Shown here: in pieces, positions 9,865 to 16,120 of the stretch
How the letters are laid out: each line of letters starts with the position of its first letter
Numbering within the stretch: position 1 is the first letter of the stretch
Virus record (IMG/VR): IMGVR_UViG_3300044706_000059
Coordinates: 56,332-76,331 of that record
Reading direction: 5' to 3' (one strand)
Source: an uncultured virus (IMG/VR IMGVR_UViG_3300044706_000059)
Taxonomy: Duplodnaviria > Heunggongvirae > Uroviricota > Caudoviricetes > Crassvirales
DNA: 20,000 bases
Made by a program: the position numbers and the translations under genes
The notes under the pieces: model-generated
The model's database searches: none
What the model was told of the DNA's origin: nothing
What the model saw: the letters and a program-made list of their open reading frames with translations, nothing else

Positions 9865-10632
9865 GTGAAATTACCTTACTGGTTAAAAATTCTAGCAATC
9901 ATACTGATTATATTTCTAGTGTATGCATTAATACGCGGCTGTAAAAATGCAAAGCATAAGTATGATAATTATGATAACATTTCAGCCCAACTGACAAAGG
10001 TATTACAAGAAAAAAAGGATGATAGTTTAGCTGCTCTGATGAAAGAGCAATTGCAACAAGACACTATTGCCTTCATAAATGGTCAATTAGCATTATTCCA
10101 GAATAAGAACTTGGTTACTACAGATTCATTAAGGGCAGCAAATAATCGTATAACAACCCTCCTAAATAAACCCATTTCTATTCCCCCCTTATCCGACAGC
10201 GGAAGAACAACAGTTAATAATGAGTTTATTGCCGATTGCTCAGACTGCTTCAAAGAACTATCCAACGGGCAACAATTAGTTACACGATATAAATCAGAAA
10301 AGGATAGCATCCAGTCATTATTGACTTATAAAATATCAATAATGGATGATGAAATAAACGACCTTAATAAAACAAATAATTTTCTCCATCAAAAGGTAAA
10401 TGATGCAGTTAGCCTAGCACAACGCAGTCAAAAACAATCACAAATAAGAAGAACATTATATTTTAGTTTGGCAGCATTAAGTATCAAGGGCCCCCTTCCT
10501 AGTGGAGTGGGAGCCGGTTTTATTTATATGGATAAACATATGCGTTTATTTGGAGCTAACTACTTTATAAGTAATTATGGGGCCATTTATCAGGCTCAAT
10601 TGTCTATGCCATTATCTTTAAAAGGGCGCTAA
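9865..10632 (+). CDS. Spanin-like lysis protein (255 aa)
   Basis: N-terminal TM followed by LIRGC, long coiled coil, C-terminal amphipathic beta-strands; adjacent to endolysin. Confidence 0.6.
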   Translation: MKLPYWLKILAIILIIFLVYALIRGCKNAKHKYDNYDNISAQLTKVLQEKKDDSLAALMKEQLQQDTIAFINGQLALFQNKNLVTTDSLRAANNRITTLLNKPISIPPLSDSGRTTVNNEFIADCSDCFKELSNGQQLVTRYKSEKDSIQSLLTYKISIMDDEINDLNKTNNFLHQKVNDAVSLAQRSQKQSQIRRTLYFSLAALSIKGPLPSGVGAGFIYMDKHMRLFGANYFISNYGAIYQAQLSMPLSLKGR

Positions 10633-10791
10633 ATGATTTGGTTACATTTTATACCAATTACAGTTTTAACGATCTTTTATTTGTTATTGAAAAGATTGCC
10701 AGAACGAATATCTAATGATCTGCAAGCAGATGCGAATGTAAATGAAGCCTATCGCATTATAAACAATAAAATTAAAATTAAGGATAGATGA
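10633..10791 (+). CDS. Small single-TM protein (52 aa, MIWLHFIPITVLTIFYLLLKR...), not in ORF track
   Basis: Starts directly after the previous stop and ends with an ATGA overlap on the endolysin start. Confidence 0.65.
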   Translation: MIWLHFIPITVLTIFYLLLKRLPERISNDLQADANVNEAYRIINNKIKIKDR

Positions 10792-11333
10792 CAGACTATC
10801 AACACTTATGGGATACAATGATAGTAGACCCTGATAAATTAGGCATTATAAGTGCTATTGTCAGCAAAATACAAACCCGAAAGAATTTATACGATACTGT
10901 TGAAGCTGCTATCCGCGTACCTTGGTATGTGACGGCTGTTATTCATTATAGAGAATCCGGGCTAAGTATTCTACGTCATCTGCATAATGGTGACCCATTA
11001 ACAGGAAAGACTATCCACGTTCCAGCCGGCAGGCCAATGCATGGAGAGCCACCGTTTTCTTGGCAGGCGAGTGCTATGGATGCATTACAGCTAAAAGGCT
11101 TCGATAAAGTAACAGATTGGTCTTTGCCTCATATGCTAGAATTGATAGAAGGATATAATGGTTTTGGCTATCAAAAACGGGGTATCCCATCTCCGTATTT
11201 ATGGTCATATTCTGATAATTACCACAGAGGTAAGTACGTGGCTGATGGTAAGTTTGACCCCAATGCAATAGATCAACAATGTGGCGCTGCCGTACTTCTC
11301 AAATCCTTAATATCGGATAGTATTCATAATTAA
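10788..11333 (+). CDS. Endolysin, lysozyme-family (COG5526-like)
   Basis: Motifs VPWYVTAVIHYRES, HLHNGDPL, VPAGRP, EGYNGFGY, SPYLWS, GKYVADGKFDP, QCGAA. Confidence 0.85.
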   Translation: MTDYQHLWDTMIVDPDKLGIISAIVSKIQTRKNLYDTVEAAIRVPWYVTAVIHYRESGLSILRHLHNGDPLTGKTIHVPAGRPMHGEPPFSWQASAMDALQLKGFDKVTDWSLPHMLELIEGYNGFGYQKRGIPSPYLWSYSDNYHRGKYVADGKFDPNAIDQQCGAAVLLKSLISDSIHN

Positions 11334-11379
11334 TAATCAAAACCCCTCTAGGATTCGTGGGCTTTAAAAGAGTAAGTTT

Positions 11380-11405
11380 AACCGTGGCATTAGTCACGGT
11401 TTTTT
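11380..11405 (+). terminator. Intrinsic terminator of late/lysis operon
   Basis: AACCGTGGC-ATTA-GTCACGGTT plus T run. Confidence 0.75.
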
Positions 11406-11423
11406 GCATTAAAAAAGCCCGGT

Positions 11424-11431
11424 TAAGACTA
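11424..11431 (+). repeat. Target-site duplication TAAGACTA, left copy
   Basis: Identical to 14639-14646 and abuts the left TIR. Confidence 0.9.
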
Positions 11432-11456
11432 GGTAATAACTACCAATTAGGGACAA
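11432..11456 (+). repeat. Left terminal inverted repeat GGTAATAACTACCAATTAGGGACAA
   Basis: 20/25 identical to the reverse complement of 14614-14638. Confidence 0.88.
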
Positions 11457-11463
11457 GGGCTTT

Positions 11464-11500
11464 AAAAGAAATAGCCTCCAAATTGGAGGCTATTTCTTTT
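11464..11500. terminator. Bidirectional terminator just inside the left end
   Basis: Perfect 17-bp inverted repeat AAAAGAAATAGCCTCCA-AAT-TGGAGGCTATTTCTTTT. Confidence 0.8.
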
Positions 11501-11621
11501 TCTTTTTAGCTTTCTTTTTGGGGGGAGTATTAGCCGCTATCTTCATGGCCTCCCCGAATGTCATATCAAGTTTGACGGTAATATTGGGAACTTGTTTCTT
11601 ACCTTTCTTGGTGGACTTCAT
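11490..11621 (-). CDS. Small Lys-rich protein (43 aa, MKSTKKGKKQVPNITVKLDMTFGEAMKIAANTPPKKKAKKKKK), not in ORF track
   Basis: ATG 9 bp after the transposase stop; TAG lies in the terminator arm. Confidence 0.65.
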   Translation of the reverse strand: MKSTKKGKKQVPNITVKLDMTFGEAMKIAANTPPKKKAKKKKK

Positions 11622-11630
11622 ACCCTAAAT

Positions 11631-12788
11631 CTACGCATATTTCCATTCAAAGCCTCCTGTAGAATGTCTTTGGCCTAGCAATACCAATCTAATTTTAGCT
11701 GGATCAAGATTGTTAATTTGTGCAGCTTCTTTAATTGACGGATATTGAGCTATTACTTCTCCATTCTTAATTTGTAACACAGCTATTTTTCTGCCATTTC
11801 CACCCTCAATTTTTATTTGGGGAGTAGGAATAGTAATTTCTATTTTAGGAGCGGGGCTTAGGATTAAATCTTTATACTTTAATCTCCCAGGAGCCTTTAT
11901 TAGTGCTAGTATAAACCGGTCTGCATCTTTCATTTTTCTCAGATTGTATCTGAAAGCCGTTTCTTCACAATACCGGTTTAAATGCTTTATGGTCACTTTG
12001 TGATAAGTGCCTATAATAGTTCTTTTTAAGTGACTGAATGCTCCTTCTATAGTATTTGTATAGATTACCTGATCCCGTACGTATTCGTTAATAGTATGAT
12101 TCACAGTTTCATGGGCTGCATAGTCGTTTTTTAATCCTACATAATTAGCGGAGGTATCTGTCATTAATACTGCATCTTTATCTACATTTTCTTGGATTAC
12201 TTTATGAACGATTGGTACGCCGCCTGTACTTTCTCCGCTGGAAATCAATTTTAATTCGCCACCTCTTTCCACGAGCCCCATTACCATTACTTTAGTATCA
12301 GCTACTGCATTTGCTTCTCTTAAAATCTTCCTTTTATGTTTGTTCATATTACTCACCTTACCACCTATATACACTTCATCCACTTCTACTATGTTGTCTA
12401 GCTTCACAGGTTCTTTGGGACGCATTATCTCCCTGATTCTGTGCAACATAAACCAGCTACATTTTTGGGAAATTCCTATATGTTTGGCTAATTGATAAGA
12501 TGAAATCCCTTTTTTATTAGCAGTAGCTAAATACATGGCAATGAACCATTTATTTAAAGGAATATTACTCGCCTCGAAGATTGTACCCACTTTAACGGAG
12601 AACTTTTTATAACATTCTTTATTGCCGCATTTGTACCGGGCTCCTTTTTCTATAGAATAACATTTATTATGATTACAGTAAGGACAAATAACTATCCCAT
12701 TGGGCCATCTTTGCTTTGCAAGATATTCACGGCAGGCTTGCTCGTCCGAGAGCTTTTGAATCAATTGCTGAAGGTTCTTAAACTCCAT
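11631..12788 (-). CDS. IS1595-family (ISXO2-like) DDE transposase with C-terminal NUMOD1-like domain
   Basis: Zn ribbon CPYC...CGNKEC, HTH ISSYQLAKHIGISQKCSWFMLHR, catalytic VEVDEVYIGG, LMTD, TNTIEGAFSHLKR; tail YPSIKEAA...STGGFEWKY. Confidence 0.95.
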   Translation of the reverse strand: MEFKNLQQLIQKLSDEQACREYLAKQRWPNGIVICPYCNHNKCYSIEKGARYKCGNKECYKKFSVKVGTIFEASNIPLNKWFIAMYLATANKKGISSYQLAKHIGISQKCSWFMLHRIREIMRPKEPVKLDNIVEVDEVYIGGKVSNMNKHKRKILREANAVADTKVMVMGLVERGGELKLISSGESTGGVPIVHKVIQENVDKDAVLMTDTSANYVGLKNDYAAHETVNHTINEYVRDQVIYTNTIEGAFSHLKRTIIGTYHKVTIKHLNRYCEETAFRYNLRKMKDADRFILALIKAPGRLKYKDLILSPAPKIEITIPTPQIKIEGGNGRKIAVLQIKNGEVIAQYPSIKEAAQINNLDPAKIRLVLLGQRHSTGGFEWKYA

Positions 12789-12794
12789 TTTGGC

Positions 12795-12825
12795 TTGATT
12801 TTAAAGAAAATCTTACCTACCTTTG
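12795..12825 (+). promoter_or_regulatory. Antisense-oriented promoter between transposase start and tRNA, overlapping an inverted repeat (12813-12835)
   Basis: TTG (12795-97), 20 nt, TACCTTTG (12818-25); TTACCTAC/GTAGGTAA inverted repeat. Confidence 0.6.
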
Positions 12826-12839
12826 GAGTAGGTAAAAGG

Positions 12840-12914
12840 TAGTCCTGGTGGGGCTCGGACCCACAACCTTCCGATTAGTAATCGGAAACTCTATCCCAAT
12901 TGAGCTACAGGACT
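12840..12914 (-). tRNA. tRNA(-like) gene, anticodon ACU (nominally Ser) on a short-arm Arg-like body
   Basis: AGTCCTG TA GCTC AATTGGGATA GAGT T TCCGA TTACTAA TCGGA AGGTT GTGGG TCCGAGC CCCAC CAGGACT A, followed by CCT; all four stems pair. Confidence 0.85.
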
Positions 12915-12974
12915 ATATATTACTTTTAGACTTGCGGATCTACCTTATGCTTTGTTAATCCGCTAGAATTTACT

Positions 12975-13020
12975 AAAAGACCACTTGTTTAAGTTTGGCG
13001 ACTGGGCAAGTGGTTTTTCT
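12975..13020 (+). ncRNA. Hairpin with UUGGCG loop and U tail; probable 3' part of a small antisense RNA
   Basis: ACCACTTGTTT/GGGCAAGTGGT stem needs G-U pairs so folds better on +; apical AGT-TTGGCG-ACT. Confidence 0.55.
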
Positions 13021-13021
13021 T

Positions 13022-13435
13022 TTATCTTGTAATCAATTCATACTGAATTTCTTTCCCCTCCTTTTCTATTCTTTTATATTTCTCCCCTTTATCTGCTGAT
13101 AAAGTTGCAGATACACTACTCCAAACCGACTTCATTTGAAGTTCAGGCTGAAATTCAAGGATGGCCCGCACAATCTCTTTACCGGTTAATGGCATCATGC
13201 TGGTTCGTAGAATGAAAGTTATTTTATTATTCCATGTCCAATTGGGGTCGTAATTTTCCCGAGAATGGCTATTATAAGGCTGTATCGACAGCCTCTTAAG
13301 ATTAGCAATTTTTTCATCTAACCTCTTTATTGCATAATTCAACTTATCTATCTGTTGTTGATATTCCTTCTTACTGGCTTCGTGCGCCTTTAATAATATA
13401 TCTATATCTTCTTTCTCTAAATTAGGCGAATACAT
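13022..13435 (-). CDS. Putative DNA-binding regulator: coiled coil plus winged-HTH-like domain (137 aa)
   Basis: Heptad N-terminus; WNNKITFILR..PLTGKEIVRAILE...VWSSVSATLS..YKRIE..IQYEL fits a wHTH pattern. Confidence 0.7.
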   Translation of the reverse strand: MYSPNLEKEDIDILLKAHEASKKEYQQQIDKLNYAIKRLDEKIANLKRLSIQPYNSHSRENYDPNWTWNNKITFILRTSMMPLTGKEIVRAILEFQPELQMKSVWSSVSATLSADKGEKYKRIEKEGKEIQYELITR

Positions 13436-13456
13436 TTGGCGACTGATTTAATACTG

Positions 13457-13488
13457 CAAACCTAGATACAAGCCTAGACATGACCAAA
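13457..13488 (-). promoter_or_regulatory. Promoter for regulator-tRNA-transposase unit
   Basis: Minus strand TTTG (13488-85), 20 nt, TAGGTTTG (13464-57). Confidence 0.65.
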
Positions 13489-13659
13489 TTTATTTCTAGG
13501 ATTGTTTTTAAAGTTGCTAGAAAATCTAGTAAAGGTGTTTTTTACACTAAGTAAAAAGAGTTTTAATTTCGCCAAATTCTTATTAAAACGGAATCTTTCG
13601 TTTGCATATATCGGTGCTTATTGTAATATTTGGCCCGACATAAAATAATTGCGTTAGCT

Positions 13660-13810
13660 CTCCCAGCTTTCCGAAACGACCAATTTTTACAAAGTATACG
13701 GGGGAACAGCGAAGCAGCACGCCTATGCGTGGGCTTTCGTCTGCTCGTATACATGGCGCTTGGTCGTGCCTGGAAAGCGGTGGATTGTTAAAGTCCCACG
13801 CTTTTTTTAT
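13660..13810 (+). ncRNA. GC-rich structured leader/attenuator ahead of cargo genes
   Basis: Nested stems GCTTTCC/GGAAAGC, ACGACCAA/TTGGTCGT, GTATACG/CGTATAC, CACGC/GCGTG; overlapping terminator AAAGCGGTGG...CCACGC plus T7. Confidence 0.65.
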
Positions 13811-13858
13811 TTATATCTCGCCTTCAAGGGACTGCAAGGCACCTAATACTTTTCTGCC

Positions 13859-14077
13859 ATGTCCCTGGCTAATATTACCGGTAAGAAAATAATAACATCC
13901 CTCCTTGGGCATTTCCTCAGTGAATTTAAATGGTATCGAAAATGGATTGGAGGCACCTGGTACAAGGTTCACGACCCTTATACCGGAACAGGATGGGGAG
14001 GATTTACAGAATGGACGCAAACAATACCCACCAGCGATACCGCCGAAATCCAGCTAACAGAATCATGGACTAATTAG
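13859..14077 (+). CDS. Transposon passenger, small Trp/Gly-rich protein (72 aa)
   Basis: First ORF after the leader; 5 bp gap to the next ORF. Confidence 0.6.
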   Translation: MSLANITGKKIITSLLGHFLSEFKWYRKWIGGTWYKVHDPYTGTGWGGFTEWTQTIPTSDTAEIQLTESWTN

Positions 14078-14082
14078 AATTT

Positions 14083-14484
14083 ATGACCGAGAATACTGTA
14101 TTATTCCATAACTCGATTATATTCGGCTTATTTATAGTTTGCCTTATTTGGGGATCAATTACAATTAGTTTTTATACTGCTAAGGAACTGGTGATTTATC
14201 ATAGATTAAAAAAGGGAGGCAAAGCATCTATTTTAGAGCAAGCAACATATTTTTTTATTGCAATAGTTGGATGCTCAATTATTGCCGGTTTATGTGGCGA
14301 AACTCCGAACATTCATCATTCCCCCACTTCCCTTACAATTGTAGCATTTATATCTCTATTCATTCCATCATCACTAGGAATTATTCTTGGATTAAATACA
14401 GAATCTAAAATGTCAGACAAAGAAAGAGCCATTAAAAGAATAAAAATGAAAGATGCTGAAAATGGAGACGAAGGACGGTATTAA
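14083..14484 (+). CDS. Transposon passenger, 3-TM membrane protein (133 aa)
   Basis: Three hydrophobic segments and a charged C-tail. Confidence 0.7.
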   Translation: MTENTVLFHNSIIFGLFIVCLIWGSITISFYTAKELVIYHRLKKGGKASILEQATYFFIAIVGCSIIAGLCGETPNIHHSPTSLTIVAFISLFIPSSLGIILGLNTESKMSDKERAIKRIKMKDAENGDEGRY

Positions 14485-14570
14485 GTTATAGAAGGGGGGC
14501 TTCAATTCAATGACATTGTAATAAACATTATTATTCTCCGTATGATTGATTACAAATTGATATGTAAATT

Positions 14571-14603
14571 AAAAAGGTAGACTAAAAATAGTCTACCTTT
14601 TTT
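14571..14603. terminator. Bidirectional terminator just inside the right end
   Basis: AAAAAGGTAGACTA-AAAA-TAGTCTACCTTTTT. Confidence 0.8.
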
Positions 14604-14613
14604 GTTAAGCCTT

Positions 14614-14638
14614 TTGTCCCATAAAGGTTGTTATTACC
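14614..14638 (-). repeat. Right terminal inverted repeat
   Basis: Reverse complement is GGTAATAACAACCTTTATGGGACAA. Confidence 0.88.
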
Positions 14639-14646
14639 TAAGACTA
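14639..14646 (+). repeat. Target-site duplication TAAGACTA, right copy
   Basis: Identical to 11424-11431. Confidence 0.9.
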
Positions 14647-14818
14647 ACCAGGCTTTGATTGATCGTACCCTTTAAAACAAATAGTTCTTAAAAAGTTTAA
14701 AAATTGGAAGCCCAACACAATCAAACTAACTAAAACTTAACTAACATGAGAAAAAATCCAGAAGATGAAATCTAGGCATATATAAAGAATACATCCCGCA
14801 GGGCTTCCAAAGGAGTTG

Positions 14819-15178
14819 CTATTGTAATGCTTTATCTTGTATGAATAGTTCCCAATGTTTCAGGTCTGCATCTGCATCTACATCCATTTCGTGACGAATT
14901 GCTATAGATAATGCATCCCACTGAGATAGGTTGTAATTCTTGACGAAATCAGCCAAACTATAAGTACATTCACCCTCAATTACAGAGTTAGTTGTAATAT
15001 CCACATCATCAATGCTGCCTATCGAAGATAATAATTCTAAATAATCAACAGGTTTAAGTATAAGGTGAAAATTTTTTGACTGATTGTTATGGCTGCGGAA
15101 ATAAGATATAGACATCAGTTCTTCCGTCATACTCCAATTAGTAACGGTAATCTGGTTTCTTAATTGTTGAGTGGTCAT
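14819..15178 (-). CDS. Hypothetical phage protein (119 aa)
   Basis: ORF with AT-rich initiation region in the minus-strand operon. Confidence 0.75.
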   Translation of the reverse strand: MTTQQLRNQITVTNWSMTEELMSISYFRSHNNQSKNFHLILKPVDYLELLSSIGSIDDVDITTNSVIEGECTYSLADFVKNYNLSQWDALSIAIRHEMDVDADADLKHWELFIQDKALQ

Positions 15179-15244
15179 TGGTTTAAGATTTAAAAGGTTT
15201 TAAAATAAGAAATCTCATGTAATGTGTGCGGGTTAAAAACGGGC

Positions 15245-16120
15245 TTATTCATTAAATATGGAACGAATTATTTCACCTCCATAGGCATTTTGAGTTAATT
15301 TAACAAAGGTTTCTACCGTCATTGAACCATCAAGAGTAATACCATTTTCTTTTAACCAATGTTTTTTACCAGATTCACAAGAACCTGTGAGAATTGTATG
15401 CCATTTGTAAAAAAGATCATTGGAATATTGATTTCCCGGTTTGAATTGGCTTTTAAATTCTAAAATGGCCTTCTCCTTATCAAGTGATGAGTAATACTTT
15501 ATATCTACGGCTTCATTAGCTTCCTTAATAGTTTCACCATGCGCAAATAAATTGCCTTTTTTAACTACATACATCGCAGAGGTTGAAAAATCGGCCACAT
15601 TAATAATTGAGACTAGTGCAACATTGCCTTTTATACTATCAAAAGTGCATGGTATTTTGTCGATATAGTAAACCTTTTTGACACCAATAGAAGAAAATAT
15701 AATGCCGTAGCTGTCGCCGTCGCCGTAGCCATCGCCGTAGCCGTAGCTGTTGCCGTAGCCGTTGCCGTAGCCGTTGCCGTTGCCGTCGCCGTTGCCGTCG
15801 CCGTTGCCGTCGCTGTTGCCGTAGCCGTTGCCGTTGCCGTCGCCGTTGCCGTCGCCGTCGCCGTTGCCGTCGCCGTAGCCATCACCGTAGCCGTCGCCGT
15901 TGCCGTCGCCGTCGCCGTAGCCGTAGCCGTAGCCATCACCGTAGCCGTCGCCGTTGCCGTCGCCGTCGCCGTCGCCGTTGCCGTAGCTGTTGCCGTAGCC
16001 GTTGCCGTAGCCGTAGCCGTAGCCGTAGCCGTTGCCGTCGCCGTTGCCGTCGCCGTCGCCGTTGCCGTAGCCATCGCCGTAGCCGTCTATTTTCAAGAAT
16101 TGTTTAATTATCTTTTCCAT
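15245..16120 (-). CDS. Phage protein with long G-[D/N/Y] dipeptide repeat and globular C-terminal domain (291 aa)
   Basis: GDGYGNG repeats then YIDKIP...FAHGETIKEA...WHTILTGSCESG; overlaps upstream gene by 13 bp. Confidence 0.85.
   Translation of the reverse strand: MEKIIKQFLKIDGYGDGYGNGDGDGNGDGNGYGYGYGYGNGYGNSYGNGDGDGDGNGDGYGDGYGYGYGDGDGNGDGYGDGYGDGNGDGDGNGDGNGNGYGNSDGNGDGNGDGNGNGYGNGYGNSYGYGDGYGDGDSYGIIFSSIGVKKVYYIDKIPCTFDSIKGNVALVSIINVADFSTSAMYVVKKGNLFAHGETIKEANEAVDIKYYSSLDKEKAILEFKSQFKPGNQYSNDLFYKWHTILTGSCESGKKHWLKENGITLDGSMTVETFVKLTQNAYGGEIIRSIFNE
15704..16087. repeat. Coding hexanucleotide tandem repeat GCCGT[A/C/T], about 64 units
   Basis: Directly visible; encodes the Gly-X repeat. 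Confidence 0.95.

Larger units (their letters stand above)
11432..14638 (-). mobile_element. Complete IS1595-family transposon with passenger genes (3207 bp)
   Basis: Imperfect 25-bp TIRs, 8-bp TSD typical of IS1595, intact ISXO2-like transposase. Confidence 0.9.

Noticed and set aside
11359..11469. 13-bp direct repeat GGGCTTTAAAAGA (11359 and 11457) as an element boundary
   Set aside because: One copy lies inside the TIR-defined end and the TSD defines the boundary well; low complexity, probably chance or relic.
12875..12881. tRNA as an amber suppressor (CUA in loop) for the TAG at 17347
   Set aside because: CUA occupies positions 35-37 of a normal 7-nt loop; the canonical register gives ACU.
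12840..12914. tRNA as prophage attachment site
   Set aside because: It lies inside the TIR/TSD-bounded element; no integrase or duplicated 3' end is seen in the window.
13563..13754. 63-aa minus ORF (and 13811-14020 minus ORF)
   Set aside because: They overlap the structured + leader and + cargo gene; better explained as antisense shadows.
15631..16074. Poly-(Ala-Thr) ORF of 147 aa
   Set aside because: Alternate frame of the hexamer repeat; the Gly-X frame has a proper start and a globular domain.
15704..16087. CRISPR array or DGR-type repeat
   Set aside because: Period-6 coding microsatellite with no unique spacers; no cas or reverse transcriptase gene in the window.
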